Of a stretch of DNA of 64,000 bases, positions 24,707-37,560 are shown piece by piece (within the stretch, counting starts at the first letter, position 1; each line of letters starts with the position of its first letter). The stretch spans positions 2,046,001-2,110,000 of the forward strand of contig MU058213.1 of assembly GCA_013265495.1 (NCBI GenBank). The letters are read 5' to 3'. This stretch comes from Vicugna vicugna (taxonomy: Eukaryota). The notes under the pieces were generated by a model, which did no database searches, was not told the DNA's origin, and was given only the letters and a program-made list of their open reading frames with translations. Made by a program: the position numbers and the translations under genes.

Positions 24707-25177
24707 GTTTCTGGTTATCTCTTACTGCACAACAAGCCAGTGACAGAAGATTAACAGTCATTTGTCATTATCTCATGGTCCTGTGAGCTGCCTGTAGTTC
24801 GGCAGGGAGGTTCTGGCTCCTGGTGTCTCACGCGGTTGTCATCAGTGGCTGGGGCTTGGATCACCAGAAGACTAGCTCACTCACATATCTTCTACCTGAG
24901 CTGCTGGGATAGCTGGGGCTCCTCAGGCATCTCTGTGTGGTCTCTCTCTAACAAGGCAGCATCAGGGTACTTCCAAAGGCACATGGTCCAAAGAGAGGCA
25001 AGTGGAAGCTGTATTCCCTTTGCGAGCTAGCCTTGGAAGTCACTCAGCATCACTTCCTCTCCAAGTCTTCAGAAGCAAGTCTGTAAGGCTGATTTGTGTC
25101 AGGGAGAGGGGAATTAGACTTCCCTCTGTGAAGAGAGGAATGGCAAGTAATCTGTAACGTGTTCTAGAACTACCACG
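24707..25177 (-). mobile_element. MaLR solo LTR (MLT1H-like)
   Basis: GAGGCAAGTGGAAGCTG...GCCTTGGAAGTCAC...GGGAGAGGGGAATTAGACT. Confidence 0.8.
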
Positions 25178-25369
25178 TGATGTAACAGATTTTTCATTGT
25201 CAAAAATTCAAGCTCCCACCTGACGTTGTCAATCTTTTGTTTTAGATGAAGTAAGAGGGGAGATCATCAAGCCAAAGAGTAGAGACGAACAGAGGATGAG
25301 ACTAAGGAGAAAGGTATGTGTTTGAAATACCTGCTCACAGGAGTGTGTAACAGCAGCACAGGAGAGCCT

Positions 25370-25668
25370 TGCTCCTCATGGTGTGATCTAGAACCGGTAG
25401 CACCTGTGCACTGAGAGCTGGTTAGAAGTGCAGAACTTCGTCTCCACCTCAGACCTACTGAATGAGAATGGCATCTTAACAAAACCACAGGGGATTCCTA
25501 TGCAGAATAATGTTTAAAAAGCATGGCTGACGGGGAGGGTGTAGCTCAAGTGATTCAATTCCCAGTACCTCCTCTAAAACAATAAATAAATAAATAAATA
25601 AACCCAATTACCTCCCTACCCCCCCCAAATAATAAAATAAGTAAACTTTTTTAAAAAAGCACTACTGA
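25370..25668. mobile_element. MER5A-like hAT element interrupted by a SINE
   Basis: GAGAGCTGGTTAGAAGTGCAGA...CAGACCTACTGAAT...TTAACAA. Confidence 0.7.
25532..25645 (+). mobile_element. Camelid-type tRNA-derived SINE with internal deletion
   Basis: GGGGAGGGTGTAGCTCAAGTG joined to ATTCAATTCCCAGTACCTCC; (TAAA)n tail; possible partial TSD AAAAAGCA. Confidence 0.85.
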
Positions 25669-26329
25669 AGAGGTGGAAAAGAATTGTCGGGTAGTGAGGA
25701 GGACAAATTATTGCTGTGTACACACTTAGAGCAGGCCACGTATCCTCCTTTATGGGACAGTAACAGAGTATGAGTGGGATAAGAAAATTACTAAATGGAA
25801 AATGTTGTCCAAAGTTGAGAATTCCACACATTCATTGACTAGGGTGTCTAGGCTGGGTGTTGGGTACTTTGATGGAATTGAAATGGGACTAAGAACCAAA
25901 TGGGTTGGGGAGCAAATGGGTGCAGTTGGAAGATGAAGGTTGGAATAAGGCTGGAGAGGTGATATTGCAGAAGTATGAAAAATGATATCCAAACAAATGA
26001 TAACTAGAAAGGGAAAAGTTTTCCGTTTTAGTTTTCAGAAATAGATAAATATATTTCAGTGCACTGGAATTGTGTTGTAGGAGACGTTACTTGAAGCAAG
26101 TAGATTTACGACTGAGACATTGACTTTGTTTTACAGAAATACCTGCAGTCATGACACTTGTTTTCCTGATAAACATCCTATATACAGTTAAGGCAGGCAG
26201 CAAACAGTTGGCATCAAATATTAGCAGATGGCAGCCCATCATCACTGATATTTCATGCTGTCTTATGTGCATGGTTTGTATGAAGAGTGCAGGGCTTAGA
26301 GAGTGTAGGGCTACTTGGAGAAATGGCTG

Positions 26330-29300
26330 ATACCAGTTCTGGACCAGGAAATGCATAAAATGTGTCTGGAATACCTTTGTCATACAGAAGGACAAGGAAG
26401 TTATTAGAAATGACTGGGTTCATGTCAAATGGATACCAGAACAAATCTGAAGGAGTTGCACTTGCCAAAGATGGGATCATATTAGCAACAAAATGAATAA
26501 TAATGATAATGGATTGAGATACATCAAATATGTTAAAATCCATTAGTTCTTAATGATACACACAAAAACTCTCACTAGTCATCTTTGGATGGTGCTATGA
26601 AACAGTATGCTGAAAACTGGAAAATAAAGTAAAACAGTCAAGCATTTATATTATATTTCTTGTACAAATAATATTTAAGGGTGCCAAATAGTTAATTTGG
26701 GAAAGACCTTTAAAAAGAATTTTAGTGAATACATATGGAAGCAATGGTAGGATATCACCGTTGAACTCCTAATGAAATAATGGATATAAGCCATGATCAT
26801 TAATGGCTCTTAAAACCATTAGGTGACTTGCTGATGGGGAGCTTTATAGGGATGGATCAGGCTGAAGCAGCAAACCTACCGCCCAGCCTTAATGTCACAA
26901 AAAAGGGAAAGAACCCGACCTTGTGTTTCTCTTAATGGATTATACAACACTCCTATAAAATAGTCATGATATAAACCTGGGCTGAACCTGGTCAAGACTT
27001 TAGCTTTCCAGAAAATACAGGCACCAGAAGAATGTGTGAAAAGTCCCCACTGGGAGGCAATCAGCAAAGTTTAAAATGTGGGGGTCTGCTCTCTTCAACA
27101 AATAAATTGTGAGGGAAGAAAAACAGTAGAGAAAACTTTTAGAGTAAAAGATATGTAAAAGACTTTGGGTGTCAGGTCGACATGTTACGAGTTAGGAAAT
27201 CATCACTCCAATTCGTATAACAAGAAAAAACTGAAAAAGACCCATCAAAGACCCAGGTCAGACAGAGGGCAGCTACCACTCCAAAATCTGGAGAGACAGG
27301 TGAACACAGAGAATCTCCGCTGCAGTTGGCTTACATGGAGCAGAAACCTCTGGAGCCATAAACAGATAAAAACACTTAAATGGCAATTTTGATGAATTCC
27401 TGGAGGCTGAGTGTGGACTAGCTTGAGAGTGAGAAACTGCTGGAATCTGGACTCCCAGGCTGAGGGATCCTCATGCTTTTGAGAGTTTTCCCTTCAGAAA
27501 CCTACTAGGTTTTCAAGGCATAGGTCTGAGAAAAATCCCATTTTGGTCAGAGAGAGGGAAAAGAAATCTTTTTGAATGATGCACATGGGAAAAGTAACCA
27601 TTTGAAATCCTCCCAGTGTGGACTCCATGACAATGGCCCACCCTCCTTAATTTAAGCAGAGGAAATACTTCACCAGAGCCTTATCTGGCCCAGGGGCAGG
27701 GTGATAAGCCAGCTGTATCGCCTGTAGTTTTTGCTTCTCACCTTAAGGGAGGGGGGGAAAAAGGCTAAGAAATTTTCATGAAGTTCACAGCCCAGGATTG
27801 TAGGCCTACTAAAAACCTGAGATAATTATATAAGATTATAACACGCCTTACAATTACATCAACAGGGCTTCAGTACAATAACAGGGGCTACAGTTGAGAG
27901 CTGCAAGACACAGACTTAATTTAAGAAATTGCACTTGAAGACACTTAAGAACAAGAGAAAACAGGAAAAAGCAAGACACCAGAAGAAACCAAAGTCTATA
28001 AAAATAATCACCCAAACTAGGTGAAGTACAGGGGATGTTTAGGATGGTGAAACCATTCTGTATGTTACTGTAATGGTAGACAGGTGGCATTATGTATTTG
28101 TTACAACTCCCAGAACTTTACAACAAAGGTAGTGAACCTTAATGTATGCAAATTGTACAAAATCTTTTAGGGTGTTTTGGAATCACGGGAAGAGACGTAG
28201 ACTGTGACAAAAGAATCTAACCAGATTTTAAGTGTATGAATCAACCTCACTTAGGGGTCCAGGGAGAGGTGCTAACCTCAGTAACTTTGGAAATGGTGTC
28301 TGTAAGACTGAAGGCAAAAGGAACTACACGTAAGCACTGTATTCTAACTGATACATCTGTTTCCCATGGGGTATATACTTTGACAATGCTCATACTGGTA
28401 TACATGAATATTGGAATTAAATAGTTTAACTGGTGGATGGGGGGAGCCAGGTTTCTCACTGTTTTTGTGGGAATATATTATAGGTAAGCAAGGGGAGGAG
28501 GTGGCTAGAATGGTCCATGTGGTAGCAGATTGTATCAGTATGGACTCATGTTTAACTCAATATGGATACAGATGGTTAGATACTAGAAATGTTTACTGAT
28601 GTGTGCATATATGTGGGCTAGTGCACACACATACATTTCTTTGTTAGCTTAGAGGGCATAAAAGAAACAACACCCCAGTGGCAATGAACATACCTAGCAT
28701 GTAGATCATAGTTTCTAGTATCATTCTCCAAAAAAGGAACCAGAGGTCCTTGGAGAAATGCCTGATTCTAGAACTGTATGCTGGAGCACCTTGTAGTGCC
28801 AGGAAGTAAGGAAATGCTATAACAAATAAGCAAACAAAAAAACCACAACCCACATTGGTGAGAGTGTGTCAAAGGGCCACAGGAACTGTGTTACATTGAA
28901 TAACAACCCCCAATGGTATCAGTTTCTAAACCCTGGAACCTGGAAATGTTACCCTATAAGGAAAAGGGGTCTTTGCAGAGTTATTAAATAAGGAAGATGA
29001 TCCTGGATAACCCAGTTGGACCCTAATGCTATCACATGTATCCTTATAAGAGGGAGGTAGAAGGAGCTTTGACACTGACGCAGAGAAGGGGAGGCAATGT
29101 GACATGGAGGGGGGAAGGCAGCAGCCATAAGCCCTGGATTGCTGGCATCCACCAGAATGGGAAGAGGCAAGGAATGGATTCTCCACCACCAGAGGGAGCA
29201 CAGGCTGGCAAACTCTTAAGCTCAGTGAGACTGATTTTGGACGTCAGACCTCCAGAATGGTGAGGAAATAAATCTCTGTTGTTTTAAATTTAGTGGTAAC

Positions 29301-29880
29301 TTGTTACAGTAGCCCTGGAAAACTGATATAGCCAACTGAAAGAACTCTCAATGGCCAAACCTAGAATAGTTTCAGTAACAAATAAAGCAAGTAGAATTGG
29401 GTTGTAATCCATAATATAAAATAAAAATTCATGAGTATTTGATGCTGATGTAAATAAATGATTTAATATGTAAATGAAGGAAGAGAGACACATCTCCCTT
29501 CCAAAAGAATTCGGACTGATTTACGTCAATACCCCCGACTCCAGGAGGTAGAGCATAATTCCGAAAGAGCACAGTTTGGAAAGGAGGAAAAAGGAATAAC
29601 TTCACAAACATTACTTCAGCCAGGTGGTTAGGGTCAGCATCAGTAGTCATAAATCATGTTAACAGTGTGTGCCCTTGAAATTATGGAATGAATAAAACGC
29701 TTTACCTCTGTTATTTTTCTTCTCAAAACCCATAACTCCTTTCTAATTACGATAAAAACATCAGACAACTTCTAAAAGAAGGGCATCCTGTAATATACCT
29801 GACTGGGACTCCTCAAAATTTTCAAAGATTATCAAAACACAAGGGAAGTCTGAGAAACAGTTACAGCCAAGAGGAACAAT
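26330..29880 (+). mobile_element. L1MC/L1MD-type fragments (long 3' UTR plus a 5'-region piece)
   Basis: GTGAAACCATTCTGTATG...GTAATGGTAGAC; TTGTAGTGCCAGGAAGTAAGGAA; CCCATAACTCC...GAAGTCTGAGAAAC. Confidence 0.8.
28887..29330 (+). mobile_element. MaLR solo LTR (MLT1C-like) nested in L1
   Basis: CCCTGGAACCTG...GGTCTTTGCAGA...GGCAAGGAATGGATTCTCC...CCTCCAGAA...TTGTTACAGTAGCC; L1 sequence resumes on both sides. Confidence 0.9.
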
Positions 29881-30660
29881 TTTTGTTTAGTATTTCTCCT
29901 TTTATTTACATGTGTTACTTAAAAACACTTCTCTGCTAATTGTACCATCTTGAGTGATGTCAATTTGGATTTATTTTGACTCTGTTTTTGAGTATAGGTC
30001 ACATAGTTCTGTTTCTTTGCATATCTATTGAATTTTTATTGGGTACCTGACATTATGAATGATAACATAGTAGACACATGGTAGACTCAGGGAGGCGTGA
30101 CTTTTTTTTTCCAATCAACAGTTAACTTGGCTGAACTCAAACTCCATACTCCGTCCCTCTGCAGCCAGTGGCTGACATTTCCTTCAGATTTATAGTTTCC
30201 AGCTTTTTTTTTCTCCTAACTAGTTCCTCTGTGGTCTCCCTATGAGTATTAGTTTAGTGATCAGGTGGATTTCAGGGCAATATTGGTTGCATTATTTTAG
30301 GACTCGTACCGTACATGGCTCTTCCCTTCCAAGCTCTTTTCTGTAGTTTCCTCTTTGCTCTCCAGATCCTGAGCTCTGGCCTCTGGTGCGTCAGAGCAGT
30401 AAGGCTTTGGCATTCTGCTGCCCTGAGCTGCTGTGCAGATTGGGGATTGTCCTCCAGCAAGAAGCTACAAATTCCTCAATGCAGCGGGCGCAATTCCTGT
30501 TTTTCTAGAGTAGATGTCCTTCTAGTTTCTACCTGCTTTTGGTTGTTCTCCAGTATCTCCAAATGTGTTTTCTTCTTATATAATTGTGTTCAAATCTTGA
30601 AACTTTAATTAGTGGCTGTTTGGTCTATTTAAGCTATTTCACCATTATCAGAGAAGGATC
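29880..30660 (-). mobile_element. Old L1 fragment
   Basis: GGTCACATAGTTCTGTTTCTTTGCATATCT...GACATTATGAAT, T-rich antisense L1M. Confidence 0.6.
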
Positions 30661-31178
30661 AGTTAGTTAATCAGCTCTTTTGGAAGGTCAGCAAAGTTTG
30701 ACCCAGTTTAAAGAACTCTACCCTGTTTCTTGCTTAATGTTTTTCCATAAACACTCACTTAGTGCTTATAAGATACCAAGAACTTTTCTCTGTTCTTTGC
30801 AAATAATAACTCATTTCTTCCTTGCAAACAATTCCTATGGAATCTGCTATTATTATTTCCAAAACTGAAGAGTTCAGTCAGTTGCCAAAGTTCAGACAAC
30901 TAGAAAATAGGCTGATTTCTGAACCCAGCTTACAAATTAGCCCATTCTTCTTCTTCTATTAAAAAAACAAGGGGTTGGTGCAGGAATTCTGAATGTCCCT
31001 CAAATCACGCCATAATGCTGCCCTTTATAGTGTATGAGAGTAACTGAAAGAGAAGACTGTATCAAGATATCCTGATTAATTTTTACACAAGACTTTGGCA
31101 TATCCCGTTTCTTACCTCTCAGTCCTAGTTTACCCATCTATGAAGTTGGGTGGTTTAACATTTAACGGTGTGCTACAG

Positions 31179-31239
<61 letters not shown>
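31179..31239 (+). repeat. Pure A61 homopolymer
   Basis: Directly counted. Confidence 0.95.
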
Positions 31240-31242
<3 letters not shown>

Positions 31243-31689
31243 TCATCTATCTGTGTACTTCCTCTTTGTGTCCACTAGAGGGGGAAGTGCTACCAGACAG
31301 TTGTTAAAATACCTGTAAAAGAAACTCCAGTGTAAAAAGTTTATTAAAAATTTTTTTTATTTTGTAATACTATTCATTATAAACATGTAGGATATATGAA
31401 AAAACATAAAGAAGAATTTTCACTGTTGTAAACATTTTTTATTCCTTTTAGCTGCCAAACTTCTGAACCTCCTTCACTGTAGTGGTGGAAATGCTGATTT
31501 CTCAACCTCCCCTCCTGCTGGGGTGCAGGCACAGGACTGAGGCTGTGGCCCAGACTGGGACCTGAAGACACAGGGATGCATGTGCAGAAATAATTTTGGA
31601 GGGGCTCTACAGAGAAAGGGAAGTCCTACTGAGCAGCTGAGTCTGGGAGCCAGCAAGATTAGAATATGCCGTGGTGTGACTCAGTCTGC

Positions 31690-32175
31690 CCTCAGAGGTT
31701 TGTGAGGTTTGGAGATACCCATCTTTCTAGATGTCTCTCAAATCTGTCCCCTTCCTCTCCTCATGCCACTGTCGACATCATTTCTCACCTGGACCACTGT
31801 GCCAACCTCCTAACCTAGGTCCTAGCTTCTCTCTTTCTCCAAGTTCCAATAAGTAGCACAAATTGGATTATGTCACTCTTCTGCTTAAAAATTTAAGTGA
31901 CTCCTGATTTTCTTTGGAAAAGTTTCCCGTCTCCTATATTGATTTGGAAGATGTTTTCATGGTTTGAGTTCTGTCATTCTGCATTGACCTTTCATTTAGT
32001 CTTTCCATCTTACACCTTATTTTCTAGTCACGTTTAACTGTTGGCAGTTTCACAAACTGATTATGCATTTATTTTAGTGCATTTAAGTATCTTCCTTATA
32101 TTTAGATCTACAGTGCTTAGTATAATGGCTGTGCATATGACACGTATTTAATATGCATTGTGTAATGAATGAACA
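31690..32175 (+). mobile_element. L2 fragment
   Basis: CATCATTTCTCACCTGGAC...GATTATGTCACTCTTCTGCTTAAAA; ends AATGAATGAA. Confidence 0.7.
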
Positions 32176-32269
32176 ATACTTGTTCACATGTTCTCTGAGA
32201 CTGAATCAAAAGAAAGAAATTTCAAGGCTCAAGCGTTTCCAAGAGGCGATGAAATTCAAGTTTATAATA

Positions 32270-32720
32270 ATACTAATGACAATAGCAGTATTGTTACCAA
32301 TACGATCAGTAACAATAGCTAGCATATATGGAGCACTGACTGTGCATCAGGCACTCTTGTCATAAGACACGTTGTAATATCCCTTTAGTCTTCACCACAG
32401 TCCTGTGAGGTAGATACTACTAAACCCATTTAACAGAAAAGAAAGCTGAGGCACAGTTAAGTAACTTGCTTAATTTAATCTGGCCTGCCAACCTATGCTA
32501 AAAGAAATATTGAAGTTCTACTCTTAATAGAAAAGAAGCAGAAAGCTATACAAATGAGAAAACCATAATTGGGAATGTGATAACTACAATGAGTTGCAAG
32601 AAAATAAACATGAAGATGTAAAGAAAAAAAAAAAGGACATTAAATTAATCTGGCCTGCCAAAGGTGGAGCCGAAGTTTGAATACAATCAATCAAACACCA
32701 GAACCTGCATGTTATACTGT
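32270..32720 (-). mobile_element. MIR interrupted by a TSD-flanked insertion
   Basis: CCTGTGAGGTAGATACT...GCTGAGGCACAGTTAAGTAACTTGC; resumes GGTGGAGCCGAAGTTTGAA. Confidence 0.8.
32492..32639 (+). mobile_element. 148-bp insertion, probably an L1 ORF1-end/inter-ORF fragment, with TSD
   Basis: Flanked by TTAA(T/A)TTAATCTGGCCTGCCAA at 32470-32491 and 32640-32661. Confidence 0.7.
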
Positions 32721-33426
32721 AGGTGGAGACCTGTGACATACAAGAAAAGGTTATTAGTTTAGAAAAATTTGAGGAACTGTAATGTCAGAATATTAAAAGA
32801 AATATTAATCTGGATTTTTAAAAATTACCTGTTAATTGTCTACATTCCCCCACTAGAAGGAAAACAGAAAAACACCACAGGAGAAAAGGAGCTTGTCTCT
32901 CTTTCACATTGACTACCAAGTGCCTAGAGAATGTTTACTATGTATCAAGTAGGTGCTCCATAACTGTTTATGGAAGGAAGTAAGGAAGAAAGGAATTACA
33001 AAGGATCTGTTAAAATTACAAAAAATCTCTTAGGTATTACCCTCATTTTATCAAATATAATTTAAGTTCCTTATGTGTAGATAGAGTTCTTTTCTTTTCC
33101 CTTCAGTTAGTCTGGCATTGTGTATAGTAGGTGTTTAATAAGTAATTATTGATTGATTGAAGAGTGTCCAAAAAATTAATGAAAAACTTTGAAATGCACA
33201 CCTTTTCAAGTGATCTCTGCCTTGCAATATTGTTGGCAATTTTAGTTGTAGAAAATTAATGATAATACAAATGATTTTATCTATAGAAATGAAAATTAGT
33301 TGTGTCTGGTGAAATGTAATTGATTATTGACCCATTCTGTTTCAGCATTCCTTACCTGACTGTATATGTGTATTATTTGAATTCTTTTTTGAACAGGTTA
33401 TAGAAACATACTGGTTCTCTCATTAA

Positions 33427-33838
33427 CTGGAATATGATTCAGCCATAAAAAAGAATGAAATTTTGCCATTTGCAACAACGTGGATGGACTCAGAAGGTAT
33501 TAAGGTAAGTGAAATAAGTCAGAAAGAAAATACTATATGATATCACTTATATGTGGAATCTAAAAACAAAACAAACTAGTAAAATTTGAAAAAAGAAAAA
33601 GACAAATATAGAGAACAAACTAGTGGTTACCAGTGGAGGGGGGCAAGAAAGGGGTAGAAGATTAAGAGGCATAAACTACTGTGTATAAAGCAAATAAGCT
33701 ACTGTACAGCACAGGGAATATAGGCAATTTTTCATAATGACTGTAAGTGGAGTATAACCTTCAAAAACTGAATCACTATGTTGTATACTGGAAACTTATG
33801 TATAGTATTGTGCATCAACTATATTTCATAAAAATAAT
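33427..33838 (+). mobile_element. 5'-truncated L1 (L1MA9/L1_Art-like 3' end)
   Basis: TCAGCCATAAAAAAGAATGAAATTTTGCCATTTGCAACAACGTGGATGGAC...TACAGCACAGGGAATATAG. Confidence 0.9.
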
Positions 33839-33934
33839 TCTTTAAATTAGTGAATTAGATAAAATCCTAGGTACAGGATCATTTTATATCTGTATGAAAG
33901 CCATGATTATACTCTCTTTTAAAAACTATCCTGA

Positions 33935-34040
33935 GGGGAGAGGGTATAGCTCAAGTGGTAGAGCACATGCTTGGTGTGCATGAGGTCTTGGGTTCAATCC
34001 CCAGTATCTCCATTTAAAAAAAAAGAAAGAAAGAAAAGAA
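33935..34040 (+). mobile_element. Camelid-type tRNA-derived SINE
   Basis: A box TAGCTCAAGTGG, B box GGTTCAATCCC, A/GAAA tail. Confidence 0.9.
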
Positions 34041-34627
34041 ATGGGCATTGGTGGTATTTGTGGTATCTCTGGAGCCAATAATTCAATTATGAAGCCCCTG
34101 AATATTTTGTCTTTGGGGTTAAGCATTGTGTTTTCTTCCCAGTTGAGGCACAACTTTCCTTTAAAATTATCAACTTCTTCACAGCTTTTAAAGTGGGGGT
34201 TAGGTAAAAATTTATACTGCCTTACTAGACCTGTTAGGACTGTCTGTCCCCCAGATGTCACCCTGATGTCTTAGGATCCATAGAAAACAAAAGAGCTTGT
34301 CTTTCTTTTATAAGTAAGTTAGTTTTGATAGTGGATTATAAACTTGATATTTTATGTCTTAAGGTAGGGGCTGACGCAGGCAGGATTGGGGATAGAACTC
34401 AGGACTTCATGCTTGTCCGTATTCCTGCCTGAGGCCTCTTGCCATATAACATTGAGACTTTTTCTCTCTTCTTAGGATATGCCTTTTTTAAAAAAATACT
34501 TTTGAAAGTAAAATATGGTCTTTCACAAATAAGCCTAGGATACATGGTCATATTCTGGATCGTGTAAGATCCTCTTAATTCTAGAGCAACATCCGTTTAG
34601 ACATCCATGGTGACAGTCTTTGTTTGA

Positions 34628-35036
34628 GGACAGAGACTCTCTCCTTGATCAAATGTTAGTCACTAGAAGAGTCATCCAGGTCTTGTCCTTGGGCCTTGTC
34701 TGTGGCCTGTTGAGTCCAGCTGTAGCAAGAATCCTGCTAACTCAGTTTGGCGAGAATCCCCCACCCACCCTTGATATCTGATCACCCTGACCTTCCTTCA
34801 GCAAGAATCTTGTTAAGTTAGTTTTGCAAGAATTCCACTACACTTGACGTCTCTTGGTTAATTTTCCATCCACTGGTCTCACTCTGCTTCTTGGCTATGA
34901 ACTTCCATTTGTCTTTGATGTATTTGGAGTTGAGCCCAACTTCTCTCCCCTATTGTGATAATCTTAACAGCTATTGCAATAGTCCTGAATAAAGTCTTAT
35001 CATGCTAACATATGTCAGAATAATTTTTCTTAAACA
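34628..35036 (+). mobile_element. MER31-like ERV1 solo LTR
   Basis: AGCAAGAATCCTGCTAA...CCTTGATATCTGATCACCCTG...GGAGTTGAGCCCAA...CCTGAATAAAGTC. Confidence 0.85.
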
Positions 35037-36439
35037 ATTATAGACAGTTTCACAATTAAATCAGAATATTGGGCCATCTCACAAATAAAACAGTAGGTGT
35101 TTTGCATTCATTAGTCTCTGTTCTTATTGACAATACTTCCCATTGTCCAAAATTAGCAGCCCTTCATTATGCTTCAATTTCCTCTCCTTTTAAAGATTCA
35201 TGTAGTGTAAGCTTTAATTGCTGTGTGTGTATTTGTGTGTATGCTATAGAATGAGAAACCGGGATTGGCTTCCTCATCAGTGGTTTTCCACCATCTTCCA
35301 AAATTTGTACTTTCATACTTCAATTTTTTGACATGAATTTTCTGGCTTTCCAAGGCAAATGATAACCAAAGATAACAAGTAATGTATTTGTTTATTATAG
35401 TTCATTCATTAAGAAAAAGGAAGTAAGGAAGAGAGCCAAAATTTCTGTAGCATTGACTATATCAGGAACTTGTGATATGTGATTAAATTAGATGTTGGTT
35501 AAATTCTCTTGACTTTTTTGAGATTTGATTTAGATTGATATAAAACCCCATCCCGGGCATAGTAAGGAATGCCCTCTGTCTGAGGATTCTCGATTGGGAG
35601 AGAGTCTGGGGAGCTCTCCTCTTTTCAGCACTTCTGGCTCCATTCTCCTGAATTCTTGATCTCACTTGGATCTTTCTTCCTATGAATTCTCCTCACTCTG
35701 CCCTCTAAAGATTTTATATGGAACAGAAAAAAAAAAAGTCCTGTGTGTCCATCCAAACACTGGTCTTCCAGAGATTCAGAAAGTGTAATTTGCTGTGATG
35801 GAGCAGGAACAAAATTCTAAGTTTGCCTCCAAAACCCATTTAAATTCACTTTCTAGTTTCCAAAATGTTTTACAGCTACATACGGTGGCAGGGAACTAAA
35901 GTTAAATCAATTTGACTTACAGTGATTTAGTAAAACACCTGAAATGGTAAAAATTTCTAAATTTTTATTTGAGAGGGAAAACTTGTACTTTTAGAGCAAT
36001 TATTTTTATTCAATATCTATTAATTGGGTTTTTTGTCATAGGTTATGTTACAGTTAATTATATATAAAATTATCTAACATTCAAACGTGCAAAGTAACTA
36101 CGTGGTCCCTAATTCTCGGAATTGATACGTCTCTCTTCCAATTACTATACCAGAGTGAGCCACTAGGTGTCAGTTTAACACAGAAATTATCTAAAAAGGC
36201 CCTTAGGAAAAAGTGAACTCACTTTCAAGGTAGGTAGACACTCTATTTTGTCTTCTCAAGTTCATTATGTGAATTTTGTGTCCACTCAGCTCTAAGTATC
36301 CATCTGCCTGAGGAAATATTAAAATTATTTTAATGAAGTAAAATTATTTTACCACCTAGAGAAATGTAGTAGATGTTTTCTGTTGTTCAAAGTAGGGTTA
36401 TTCCTGACAAATTGAATGAAAAAGAAAGTTTTTTCGGTT

Positions 36440-37560
36440 AACAATAAAAAAGCAGTATCCTCAGGAGTAAACCTAACAAAAATGTGCAAAAATCATATGA
36501 GAAAAACATTATAATAGTCTTGAAAGACACAGCAATAGACTTGAGCAAATTAAAAGACATTTCTTCTTTTTGGACAGGATGTGTCAACGACATGTAGACA
36601 TCAACACATCCATTTAATGCTATCCCAACTGAAATACTCCCCACATTTTTCTAGAGCAAGGCAAACTAATTCAAAGGTTCATATGAAAAAATAAAATTAC
36701 GGTTATAATTATGAAAATCCTGTTTAAAAAAAAGAACAATGAGGGGACCTAACAGTACCAGATAATAAAATGTACTATAAAGCCTCTATAATTAAAACAT
36801 CAAGATCCTGTTGATAGTAGATAGACTAATAGAGAGAGTATGAAATCCAGAAATAGACTATATATAGAAGCAAATTACATATATCCTCAACTTATTTATA
36901 ACAAGAGAAATGCAAATTAAAATAATATTATTTTCATCTATCAAAAAGTAAACAGTTTGTTAGTAAGAGTGTACAGAAACACTCATACTGCTGGTGGTAA
37001 TTGCAAAATGATGTAACCCTTATAAAAAGGAACTTGTCAATGTTTAATAAAACCACATATTCATGTATCCTTTGACCCACATAATCTTTCTTCTAGGAAT
37101 CCACCCTGAAGGCACATCTTTACTAATATGAAACAAAATATGCACATGGTTATTCACCCCAGTATTATTTATAAGGGCAGAAATTGGAAACAACCTTAAT
37201 GCCCATCCATAGGGAATAATTGAATAAACTATGGCATAACTGCGCAATGGAGTTATTTACAGACAAAAATTAAATGAGGAAGATCTCTCAAAACTGACAT
37301 GAAGTGTTTCCAGCCATATTGTTACATTGTATAAAAGGGTATATCTAGCATGCTAACTTTTGTATAAGAAAGAAGAGAAAATAAAAATACACTTACTTCA
37401 GTAAAAAGAAAAAGAAATACATGAATTATAAACTAGAAACTCTTAAAAATGGTTACCTAAATAAGGCTGGGAACAGGATGAAAATGAAACTCCTGTTTGA
37501 TTCTTTTTTCATAGTTTTGGTCTTTTGACCAAATTTTTACAAAATAACCGATTTGGATTC
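36440..37560 (+). mobile_element. Old L1ME ORF2 3' part and 3' UTR
   Basis: TTTAATGCTATCCCAA; AAATGTACTATAAAGC; AAATTGGAAACAACCTTAATGCCCATC. Confidence 0.8.

Noticed and set aside
31095..31307. Poly-lysine ORF
   Set aside because: It is only the translation of the A61 tract.
33935..34010. tRNA gene
   Set aside because: It has A and B boxes but an A-rich tail and no convincing acceptor stem; it is a SINE.
34725..34830. Similarity of the 39-mer (TGCTGAGTTAGTTTAG) to MER31 internal repeats
   Set aside because: A short, mismatched match that does not extend; probably chance.
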